Positions 1 through 9,675 of a stretch of 64,000 nucleotides of DNA are shown in pieces. The stretch is from positions 67,394,001 to 67,458,000 of the forward strand of contig OZ024744.1 of assembly GCA_964016885.1 (NCBI GenBank), given 5' to 3'. The position numbers and the translations under genes were made by a program. This DNA is from Eledone cirrhosa. Taxonomy: Eukaryota. Under the pieces are notes generated by a model, which made no database searches, was not told the DNA's origin, and saw only the letters and a list, made by a program, of their open reading frames with translations. Every line of letters starts with the position of its first letter. Positions within the stretch are counted from its first letter, which is position 1.

Positions 1-3000
1 ACTACACAACAACCCAAAAGTTCACACCACCTCCACACATACAAATCACTCGCATCACACAGAAAACGTACACGACACTAAAACAAAAATTCCCCAAAGA
101 CATCGGAGACTTCCGACAAACACTCTCCAGGAGGATTTATAAGGACATCCTTCCGGAGGAAGCCACAAGCAGTGAAAAAGATGGAGAAACCATCCTTCCT
201 CTACCAGAAGTAAGGTAAGTGGTCTTTCCCATCTTTTCCACTCCATTTCAACATTACCTCACTCAGAATAGGCAGCATAAATGCGCTTGGCTTGGGGTCG
301 TCATGGAAGCAGGGCCACCTGCTCTACGACCTCAGGTCACTAAACATAGATGTAGTGACCATCAGCGAGACCAGAATCTCCGAAGCACGGGCCTTCGCAC
401 CGATCTTCGGTGGCTACGATGTGTACGCATCTCCCAGCCGCCCTGGATCGGGGGGAGGAGTTGCTGTGCTTTTTCGGACGTGACCAGCGGAGACTGGCAA
501 GCTTTCAGGTTAGTGGCCGTCTATGCCCCGACAGGAGCAGGGTGGCCTGATTTCTTCCGGCGTCTGGAAACCTTTCTTGGAACGTCCCGCTCTTTAGTGT
601 TAGTGGGCGACTGGAACGGGATCTTAGATGCACGCTGGGACTATGTGGGATTAGCGGATAGGGGTGGAGGGTGCAAGAGCCTCACCAGACTGCTCAGGCG
701 TTTTGAACTGTCTGACAGGTGCCGATTGGATTTCCTGAATGTGCCAATTTGGACTTGGACAAATCGCATAGGGTCATCCAGATCATATCTAGATAGAGTA
801 TTTTGTAGGGAAATAGATAGCTCTAGCATAGGCTGTCCACAATTCAAGATAGTCAGCTACACGGACCACAAATTCGTAATCTGTGTGCTTGACTTAGATA
901 GGCTTAATAGACGAGGACCCGGCTACTGGAAGCTAAACGCGTCCTTACCAGCACGCAAGGCCTACAGTGACTGGATTAGCGAACTAGTTAGCGGGCGTTG
1001 ACGGGGGCCATCGTCAGCAACAAGTGGTGGGTTGCTCTGAAAAGAGCGATTAGAATAGAGTCCATTAGGTTTAGTAAGGCTTTAGCAATAGAGAAAAATA
1101 GAGCAGAGGGAGAATTAGTTAGAAAATTAGATGAGGCGCTTAGCAAAGGCATCGCGACCGACGTACTTGCGGCGAAATTGGCCCTTGACCAAAATCTTCA
1201 ATGCAAAGCACGAAGGCTGCGTTGTCAGAGCTAGGGTGCGTGCTCTCAGACACGAGGGGATGAAAGCCGTTCAATGGGCCCGAGTGGCGGAGGCGCGTCG
1301 TGGCAACAAAGCCACGATCCGGTCTTTGGTGGACCACGACGGGCGCATGCTACTCGATCCCGGGCAAATGTGTGAAGCTTTCCAGCGACACTTCGCCCAG
1401 CTGTTCAGGGACAGCGGCGGGCCGAATCGAGGGATGGACTTTAGTGTCTACCTCGAAGGACTGCCGCGGTTCTCGGCCACTGAGGCGGAGTGTTGCGAAA
1501 AGCTGATAACAGCCGCTGAAGTACGGGAGGCAATGACTGGCTGCACAAGGGGTAAATCGCCTGGTTTGGATGGTCTGCCCTATGAACTTTACGTACAGAT
1601 GCCAAACTTGTTCGGAGGCCTCTTGGCGGATGTCTACTGCAACTGGCAACAGAACGGGAGAATTCCCAGCTCTGTGAGCCGAGGAGCTGTGGGGCTGCTG
1701 AGAAAGGATCCGAACAAGGGGGATAACATAGATAATTTCAGGCCCATTACTCTGCTAAACACAGAGTTCAATATTTTGGCCAAGGTGCTAGCAAAGAGAT
1801 TGGCGCTTGTCGTTGGTGGTCTGGTGGGAGAGGCAGAGACGTGCGCTATTCCCGACAGATCCATCCACGACAACCTCCACCTTATGCGATACATCATAGA
1901 GAGGGTAGCTAGGGAACGTGGCACGGGTGGGTCCTACCTAGCGGCAGTCATGAGGGCGGCTGGCTTTGGGCCCGTCTTCAGAGGCTGGATCGCTGCCATG
2001 CACAGCGACATCTGCTCTGTGGTGAGAGTGAACGGTCACCTTTCGGAACCGTTCAACATCATGCGCTCGGTCCGCCAAGGATGTCCCCTCTCTTCCCTCT
2101 TTTACGTATTGGCTCACGAGCTATTACTGCACAATATGGACACGTTGAGGGGGGTCTCGCGCGAACTAGGATGCGGAAGATCCGTGTCAGCATATGCCGA
2201 CGATGTCACCGTAGTGGTGTCGAACGCCAAACACATCGAGGCGATCGGCACTACACTAAGAGGTATACGAAGCGGTGACAGGAGCAATGATCAACCAGGA
2301 AAAGTAAGTGGGCCTGCAGCTCGGCACCTGGAGAGGCAGGTCCATGCCGTCCAACAGCGTCGTCGGGCGCTGGACGGACGGACCGGTTAAATTGCTAGGG
2401 GTCTGGTTCGGTCCGGACCTCCAGACGGACAAAATCTGGGACAAGCTGACGAGCAGGGTGGCTTCTCTCACCCAGAAATGGGCGGAGAGGAAGCTATCCC
2501 TGAAAGGTCGAGCGGAGGTGGCTAATGCGTACATCGCGTCCGTCATCTACTACCGCCTGACCGTCATACCTTGTCCTAAGCCCCGCCTGACTGCGCTGGA
2601 GCGTTTGCTCTTTCGCTTCTTTTGTGGAAGGGACGCGCTCCGATGGTGAGGCGGTCCATCTGCTGTCAACACCCGCTACGTGGAAGGCTGGGCATGCCGT
2701 GGCTTATGATGCGCAGACACGCGCTCAGGCTACGACATCTCCACCTCTTCCTCGACGGTGATCAGGTGTGGTCGCCGTTTGCTAGACACGTTTTTCCCGA
2801 GCTCGTCCCCTTGACGGAGCTGCAGTCCTGGGTCAAGCGAAGACCGAGAGGGAGCGCTTGGAGACTGGAATGTTTTCAGGCGCTCACAGCCCTCGACCAA
2901 TCGGGCAATGTGATCGGTGGAAACTCCACCTTGGCGTTCTATAGAGGATTAGTGGAGGGGAAGAGTGAAGACGTACTTGGAGAAACTCTAGGCGTCGACG

Positions 3001-3805
3001 AAAATCAACTAGCCAATCTCTTCGGAAGGACTTTCGGGCCGGGGCCTATGGACAACTTCCAGAAATCCCTGGCCTGGCAATGCTACCGAGGAGCTTTGCC
3101 AGTTCGGGATAAACTCTACAGGCATGGAGGTGCCGTCAGCCGGGCATGTCCGAGATGCGCACAGGGCGACGAAACCGTCCTGCACGCACTCGTCCAGTGT
3201 CCGAGCATTGCTGACTTGTGGGTTTATGTCGAACACCTGCTGTCACGTGTAGAACGGATCCGGCTATCAGCTGAGTCCATCGTGAGGATTGCCCCGCCCC
3301 CTTCCTTTAGCCGGGAAGGGCAGGCAGTTTTTATCTCTCTGGTGGCCATGGCGAAAGAGATAGTATGGTGGACACGTTTGAAAGGGCTGAAGACGAGCAC
3401 TTACCTCTTCGGTGATGCCCTGATTAACTTTTTCAAATTTCATTTGAAAAGGAAAATCAGGGTAGAGAGGGAAGTGCTCTCTTCCCACCATTTTGTTGAA
3501 AGATGGGTGAGAGAAGCAAGTATGGCCCGAATAAATGGGCCTTCTCTGAGTATGTGTCTGTAAATTAAAGGTGGAAAACTGGGAGAGGGCACTTGCCCTG
3601 GTGGTCAGGGCCACTGTGGTCTTTTAATGGGCTTTCTCCACAAATGTCCCTTGGAAGTCTCCCCCCTATTGGGGAATTTTTCTTTGTTATTTTATTTCAA
3701 CCTCTGTTTTTTTACACGCAGAAATGCCCATTTGTACCGTCCTGTATTGTCCTGTACTGTCCTTAATGTCTACTTTATGTGAACCCTTGTGGTTAATAAA
3801 GAAAA

Positions 3806-3845
<40 letters not shown>
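1..3845 (+). mobile_element. Tx1-clade non-LTR retrotransposon, subfamily A copy 1 (5' end outside window; ORF2 frameshifted)
   Basis: ORF fragments 219-3563 carry APE motifs (ISET, VYAP, GDWN, SYLDR, TDH, GYWKLN), RT motifs (KSPGLDG, NFRPITLLN, VRQGCPLS, AYADD) and a C-terminal CPRC..ETVLH..C finger; AATAAA at 3795 then (ATT)n 3807-3845. Confidence 0.93.
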
Positions 3846-4056
3846 GACGAAAGTGGATGTACGTTTTTTGAGGCTCCGTGAGTGAGCAGTTTTTGAGGAT
3901 TAGTTGTGGAGAATTGTTTATTTTTTGTACCGCTGAGGCATTGTGAGACATTAATTTGTGTCCTGTGAAGGAGTAGCTCATAATGTTTGGGCCTTTTGGC
4001 CCAAATATTTGAACTTTGTTTTGAAAAAGAATAATAATTTTTTTTCTCAAAAAAAC

Positions 4057-5919
4057 ATGGCGGAGCCGCGCCCCCTAGAGGCGGGTCTGCTGTCGTGCAG
4101 CGGCGACTTGAGCGTTGAGAGGAGAGGTGAGGCGAGGAGCGCCACCAGCACGAGTGTGAGCAGCGACAGTGCCAGCACCGGCGGGCCGAGCGGCGCGGAG
4201 GGTGGTAGCAGCGACAACACCAGCACCAACAAGCCGAACAGCGCGGAGGGTGGTAGTGGCGAGAGCACCAACAAGGCCAACAGCACAGAAGGTAACCACG
4301 ACACAGGGGAGAACAACAACAGCAATAGCAGCAGCAACACCAACAAGAACAACAACAGTGACAACACCAACAAGAACACTTTCGCTGCTGTGGCAGCGGC
4401 TAAAAGGAGACCATGCTGCAGCATCGACTTAACCAACAGAGAGGAAAAGTTGGCCCAGGCCTGGAAAATCATAAATCAAGAGCAGACCTGGGCAAACTTA
4501 ACTGTCCCGGCAGAGGCCATTGAGGCAGTGGAGAGAAGAACGGTGCATTTCAGATGCATCTCAGTAGAGACAAGGAGGGCAGCGATAATCGCCCAAGCTG
4601 ACATAGAAGCCGCACTGAAATACATCAGAGAGGACACAGACTTCATAGAGGGGGGCAGGCAATACGGCACCGTTTCGGTGCTGTTCAAGTCTGAAGCCCT
4701 CGCTGTGAAGCATTCAATGACCCCTTGCAAAACCAGCAAGGTCATAATGTACCCCTCCCACATGGGAAAGCGAATGGCACGTGTGCGCATTCCCAGGATT
4801 CCACCAGGACTTGATATGTGGTGGCTCCTGGGTTGCGTAATCGTGGAAGGAACGGATACAGTCCCGGTAGAGGCAACGAGAACTGCCAGGGACGACTGGT
4901 CCGGGGTTGATCTGGAGATACTGCTCCAAATCAGACCCGAAAACGTAAAAACAATCCCGGACCACATCCGCCTCCAAAACGGGAGGGTGTTGCATATAAT
5001 GACTGAGGGCAAAAGGCCGCATTGTTTCCTTTGTGGGGAAACGACACACTTGCGAGCCTTCTGCCCTCAACTGCCGAAAAGCGCAAGGGGTCGAAAGATT
5101 CCACTGCTGGCGACGCCGGGACAAGGACCACCAGCAACACCGTCAACAATGGAACCACCAAAATTGCACACCCAGGGGGGAAACGGGGAAAGCTCTCCCA
5201 TTCCCCCTCCCCCCCAAAATACACACACGAACAAGAACATAAACACTCACTCAGACACAAACACGCTCACAGCCACAGACCCCTCATCCTCCAGCAGTGA
5301 AGATGAGGGAAAACCAAAGTCCCCCAAAATACAAAAAACAAAACACAAAAAAAAAAGAAATCCACAAAGCACAAACACCCCCACAAAAAAAAATACACAC
5401 ACCACCCACACAAACATTTTCCCCACAGCATCACCAACACAACCACCAAAATCCCCCAAACGCAAACAAGCTAAACAGACACAAGAACAAATAGACACAC
5501 AAACATCAGAAACTACAGACACCCCACCCACAACAAACGCAGACACAATAGAAACAACACTAACAAAGCTATCACCACCACAATCACACGAACAAATAAA
5601 ACCCGAGCAACAAAACATTAAAAACTTCGTGCTTGCCAGAAGGGCCAACAAGGAATTGATGGCCCATGTAGCACGAAGCACAAACATCGAAAAAGACGGG
5701 GAAACATTTGAAGCGAGCACATTTCGCGTACCAGATAATTTGCTTCTGATGCGAATGTCGCTCGCTTCATACAAAGAAATTCGAAAGAGCTTTCCTCGGG
5801 ATGTGGGAACCCCGAACGTAAAACCCACGTCAAGACTATTAAAGGGGTTCCCAAAAGAAACCCCACAAACCATGGAGGTCGAACCACCCGACCTTCACAA
5901 GACCCCGGAAGGTAAGTAA
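4057..5919 (+). CDS. Tx1 ORF1 protein (Gag-like RNA-binding protein with CCHC zinc knuckle), 620 aa from first ATG
   Basis: Open frame; ATG at 4057 in AACATGG context; knuckle CFLCGETTHLRAFC (CX2CX4HX4C); S/N/T-rich low-complexity linkers; ends G-K-stop. Confidence 0.9.
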   Translation: MAEPRPLEAGLLSCSGDLSVERRGEARSATSTSVSSDSASTGGPSGAEGGSSDNTSTNKPNSAEGGSGESTNKANSTEGNHDTGENNNSNSSSNTNKNNNSDNTNKNTFAAVAAAKRRPCCSIDLTNREEKLAQAWKIINQEQTWANLTVPAEAIEAVERRTVHFRCISVETRRAAIIAQADIEAALKYIREDTDFIEGGRQYGTVSVLFKSEALAVKHSMTPCKTSKVIMYPSHMGKRMARVRIPRIPPGLDMWWLLGCVIVEGTDTVPVEATRTARDDWSGVDLEILLQIRPENVKTIPDHIRLQNGRVLHIMTEGKRPHCFLCGETTHLRAFCPQLPKSARGRKIPLLATPGQGPPATPSTMEPPKLHTQGGNGESSPIPPPPQNTHTNKNINTHSDTNTLTATDPSSSSSEDEGKPKSPKIQKTKHKKKRNPQSTNTPTKKNTHTTHTNIFPTASPTQPPKSPKRKQAKQTQEQIDTQTSETTDTPPTTNADTIETTLTKLSPPQSHEQIKPEQQNIKNFVLARRANKELMAHVARSTNIEKDGETFEASTFRVPDNLLLMRMSLASYKEIRKSFPRDVGTPNVKPTSRLLKGFPKETPQTMEVEPPDLHKTPEGK

Positions 5920-5948
5920 ACCTTTCCTCTCCCATTCATCCTGCCAGC

Positions 5949-8900
5949 ATGGCCATAAGAGTAGGAAGTTTAAATGTTCGTGGCCTGGGGTCGCCCTGGA
6001 AGCAAGGTCACTTGCTCAACGACCTCAGGTCACTAGGAATGGATGTAATTGCCATCAGCGAGACCAGAATTTCCGACACACGCGCACTGGCGCCGATTTT
6101 CGACGATTATCAGATCTTTGCATCTGTTAGTCGGCCGGGAATGGGAGGTGGAGTGGCTGTGCTGTTTAGGAAATGTCTGGATCTCGAGGTAAGGTCAATC
6201 TTCCGGGATCCTGACGGAAAGTTGGTGGTCCTGGACGTGAGCAATAGCGAAGGTGGTGCCTTTAGACTGGTGGCCGTCTACGCCCCTACTGGGGCCGGTC
6301 GGCCGGACTTCTTTAGGCGCCTGGAAAACTTTCTGCTTACGTCTCGCCCTTTACTGTTAATAGGGGATTGGAATGGCATCTTAGAAGCACGCTGGGATTG
6401 TGTGGGAGTATCTGATAGGAGCGGGGGGTGCAAAAGCCTCAAGTACCTGATCAGCCAGTTTCAACTGTCTGACAGGTACCGACTAGATTTCCCTAATGCG
6501 CCAGTATGGACCTGGACCAATCGCATAGGGTCATCTAGATCGTACATAGATAGGATTTTCATTAGGAAAAGAGATAGAAATAGTGTAGGATGTCCACATT
6601 TTAAAACGGTTGCCTATTCAGATCACAAGCTTGTGATCTGTATGGTCGACCTAGATAAGACACGTAGGTTAGGACCTAGCTACTGGAAGCTAAACATATC
6701 GTTTCCGGCACGTAAAGCTTACAGGGACCGGGTCAACAACTTAGTTAAGCAAAAGTTGACAGGGGGGGTTGTCAACAACAGGTGGTGGGGGGCACTCAAA
6801 AGAGAGATTAGAGCAACCTCGATAGGATTTAGCAAAGAAGTAGCAATAGAGAAAAATAGAAAAGAGGAGGGGCTGATAGCTAAGTTAGACGAGGCTATTT
6901 GTAGTGGCATTGCAACAGACGTGCTAGCGGCGAGAATGGCACTAGACCATTTCTTCAATGCGAAACACGAAGGTTGCATTGTCAGAGCTAAGGCGCGTGC
7001 TCTGAGGAACGAGGGAACCAAAGCTGCCCGATGGGCTCGCTTTGCAGAGACGCAGCGTGGAAATAAAACCACAATTCGGTCTTTGACGGATCGAGATGGA
7101 CACGAACTGAGCGATTCCAAGCAGATGTGTGAGGCCTTTCGCCAGCACTTTGCTCGATTGTTCGGGAGGATGGGTGAGTCGGAGATGGCGGCGGACTTCA
7201 GTCCCTACCTCGACGGCTTGCCACGCCTCTCGACGGCCGACGCTGAGCGCTGCGAAGAGCCGATAACATCAGCCGAAATTCAGGACGCCCTTGTCGGCTG
7301 CTCGAGTCGCAAGTCACCCGGTTTGGATGGTCTGCCCTACGAGCTTTACGTAAATATGCCAGACTTGTTCTCCGATCTCCTCGAAGCGCTCTACTGCAAC
7401 TGGCAGCAGAACGGGAGCATTCCCAGTTCTGTGAGCCGTGGCGTAGTGACGCTGATAAGGAAAGACGAGAACAAGAGGGACACACTAGATAATTTCAGGC
7501 CCATAACCCTGCTCAACACAGAGTTTAAGATTTTGGCCAAGGTGTTAGCGAAAAGGTTGGCGCTTGTCGTCAAAGATTTGGTTGGGGAGGCGCAAACTTG
7601 CGCAATCCCGACCAGGTCCATACACGACAACCTCCACCTCATGCGATACATCATAGAGAGGGTTGGGTGCAAACCTGGCTTCGGTGGGGCTCTGATCAAT
7701 TTAGATCAATCGAAAGCATTCGATAGGGTCGACCATCGGTACTTGGAGGCTGTCCTCGAGGCGGCTGGCTTCGGCCCCGTCTTCAGAAGCTGGATCGCTG
7801 CAATGTACAGCGGCATCCGCTCGGTGGTCAAAGTTAATGGCCACCTCTCGGAACCGTTTCAGATCTCTCGATCGGTCCGTCAAGGGTGCCCTCTCTCCTC
7901 ACTTCTGTACGTATTGACTCTTGAGCCTCTACTGCGGAAGCTGGAGTTGTTGCAGGGCATCCCGCTCGAACCGGGACGTAGAAAGGCTGCGTCCGCTTAT
8001 GCGGACGACATCACCGTGATGGTGTCGGACACCTCGGAAATCGAGGTGATCCGCACCCATTTGGAGGAATATGAAAGGTTGACGGGAGCAAAACTTAACC
8101 CGGAAAAGTCGGTGGGCTTGCAGCTCGGCACCTGGAGAGGCAAGTCCATGCCGTCCAACAGCGTCGTTGGGCGCTGGACAGACGGACCGGTAAAGTTGCT
8201 CGGGGTTTGGTTCGGACCAGACCTCCAGGTGGATAAGAATTGGGACGAGGTGACGAGCAGGATAGCCAACCTCACCCAGAAATGGGCTGAGAGAAAGCTA
8301 TCACTGAAAGGGCGGGCGGAGGTGGCGAACGCGTACATCGCGTCCGTCATCTACTACCGCCTGACCGTCGTGCCTTGCCCCCGTCCACGCCTCGCCAATT
8401 TGGAACGGCTCCTTTTCAAATTTTTGTGGAGGGGACGGGTCCCGTTGGTGAGGCGGTCCATCTGCTGCCAGCACCCTCTTCGTGGAGGGCTGGGCATGCC
8501 GTGGCTAATGATGCGCAGACATGCGCTGAGGCTGCGACATCTCCAGATATTTTGCCTAAACGGTGAACAGGTGTGGTCGCCGTTTGTTAGACGGGCCTTT
8601 CCGCAGCTCATCTCTTTGACTGAGCTGCAGTCCTGGGTCAAGAAGAGACCGAGACTGGGCGACTGGCATCTGGAATGTTGCCAGGCGCTCACTGCACTCT
8701 GCAAGGTGGGCAATGCGGTCAGTGGAACTTCCACTCAAGATTTCTATAGAGGATTAGTGGAGGGCAAGTGCGATGACGTACTAGGAGAGGCTCTGGGCGT
8801 CAACGAAGTAGAACTGACCAGTATGTTCCGGAGGACTTTCGAGCCGGGGACGATGGATAACTTCCAGAAATCCCTCGCTTGGCAGTGCTACCGGGGGGCG

Positions 8901-9368
8901 CTGCCGGTTCGGGATAAACTCTACAGGCACGGAAGTGCTGTCAGACGAACCTGCCCGAGATGCGCGCAGAGCGACGAAACCGTTCTGCACGCACTCGTCC
9001 AGTGTCCGTGCATTGCTGACTTGTGGGGTTATGTCGAACAGCTATTGTCGCGTGTAGAACGGATCCGGCTATCGTCCGAGTCCATAGTGAAGATTGACCC
9101 GCCGCCTTCTTTTGGTCAGGAAGGGCAGGCAATTTTCCTCTGCCTGGTGGCAGTAGCGAAAGAGGTTGCATGGTGGACCAGGTTGAAAGGACTGAAGACA
9201 GACACTTTTCTCTTCGGCCAATCCCTCATCAACTTCTTCAAGTTTCACTTGGAAAGGAAGGTGAGGGTGGAGAGAGAAGTGCTGCCCCCCAGTACATTTA
9301 CTGAAAGGTGGGTGAATGTGGCGAGAATGGCCCGCGTGAGTGGGCCTACTCTGATCATGCGCCTGTAG
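5949..9368 (+). CDS. Tx1 ORF2: APE endonuclease + reverse transcriptase + C-terminal Zn finger
   Basis: Uninterrupted 1139 aa with SLNVRG, SET, YAP, GDWN, SDH (APE); LDQSKAFDRVDH, QGCPLS, YADD (RT); CPRC...H...C. Confidence 0.97.
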   Translation: MAIRVGSLNVRGLGSPWKQGHLLNDLRSLGMDVIAISETRISDTRALAPIFDDYQIFASVSRPGMGGGVAVLFRKCLDLEVRSIFRDPDGKLVVLDVSNSEGGAFRLVAVYAPTGAGRPDFFRRLENFLLTSRPLLLIGDWNGILEARWDCVGVSDRSGGCKSLKYLISQFQLSDRYRLDFPNAPVWTWTNRIGSSRSYIDRIFIRKRDRNSVGCPHFKTVAYSDHKLVICMVDLDKTRRLGPSYWKLNISFPARKAYRDRVNNLVKQKLTGGVVNNRWWGALKREIRATSIGFSKEVAIEKNRKEEGLIAKLDEAICSGIATDVLAARMALDHFFNAKHEGCIVRAKARALRNEGTKAARWARFAETQRGNKTTIRSLTDRDGHELSDSKQMCEAFRQHFARLFGRMGESEMAADFSPYLDGLPRLSTADAERCEEPITSAEIQDALVGCSSRKSPGLDGLPYELYVNMPDLFSDLLEALYCNWQQNGSIPSSVSRGVVTLIRKDENKRDTLDNFRPITLLNTEFKILAKVLAKRLALVVKDLVGEAQTCAIPTRSIHDNLHLMRYIIERVGCKPGFGGALINLDQSKAFDRVDHRYLEAVLEAAGFGPVFRSWIAAMYSGIRSVVKVNGHLSEPFQISRSVRQGCPLSSLLYVLTLEPLLRKLELLQGIPLEPGRRKAASAYADDITVMVSDTSEIEVIRTHLEEYERLTGAKLNPEKSVGLQLGTWRGKSMPSNSVVGRWTDGPVKLLGVWFGPDLQVDKNWDEVTSRIANLTQKWAERKLSLKGRAEVANAYIASVIYYRLTVVPCPRPRLANLERLLFKFLWRGRVPLVRRSICCQHPLRGGLGMPWLMMRRHALRLRHLQIFCLNGEQVWSPFVRRAFPQLISLTELQSWVKKRPRLGDWHLECCQALTALCKVGNAVSGTSTQDFYRGLVEGKCDDVLGEALGVNEVELTSMFRRTFEPGTMDNFQKSLAWQCYRGALPVRDKLYRHGSAVRRTCPRCAQSDETVLHALVQCPCIADLWGYVEQLLSRVERIRLSSESIVKIDPPPSFGQEGQAIFLCLVAVAKEVAWWTRLKGLKTDTFLFGQSLINFFKFHLERKVRVEREVLPPSTFTERWVNVARMARVSGPTLIMRL

Positions 9369-9625
9369 GCTGGTGAATTCGAGAAGGAGAGGGGTGCCCT
9401 TCCCGGGTGCCCTAGGAGCGTCGGGTGGCTCAGGACTGGTGGGGTGCTTGAGTCAACCCTGGGTGGTGATCCCTCTTATTGGGGAACTTTCATTGTTGTA
9501 TTTTTATTGTTATTTTGTTTTTGTTTTTTTGTTATTTATACTTACTCGATCTCTATGTAAACCCCCACTGTCCCTGTCTATTGTGTTGTCCCCTATATGT
9601 CGGCCCTTGTGGCCAATAAATGAAA

Positions 9626-9663
<38 letters not shown>

Positions 9664-9675
9664 GTTGTTGTTGTT

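Larger units (their letters stand above)
3846..9663 (+). mobile_element. Full-length, apparently intact Tx1-clade LINE, subfamily B copy 1
   Basis: 5' UTR, open ORF1, 29-nt spacer, open 1139-aa ORF2, 3' UTR with AATAAA and (ATT)n tail 9628-9663; bounded by (ATT)n on both sides. Confidence 0.95.

Noticed and set aside
4047-5873. Long hydrophobic minus-strand ORFs over ORF1 (also 9928, 11318, 18330, 56147)
   Set aside because: Antisense shadows of A/C-rich or GC-rich coding strands; no motifs and not conserved between copies
5912-5947. 36-nt GT..AG mini-intron that might fuse ORF1 to ORF2
   Set aside because: Splicing gives GCA TGG CCA TAA, out of frame with ORF2; the AG is absent in three of five copies; very short for a metazoan intron
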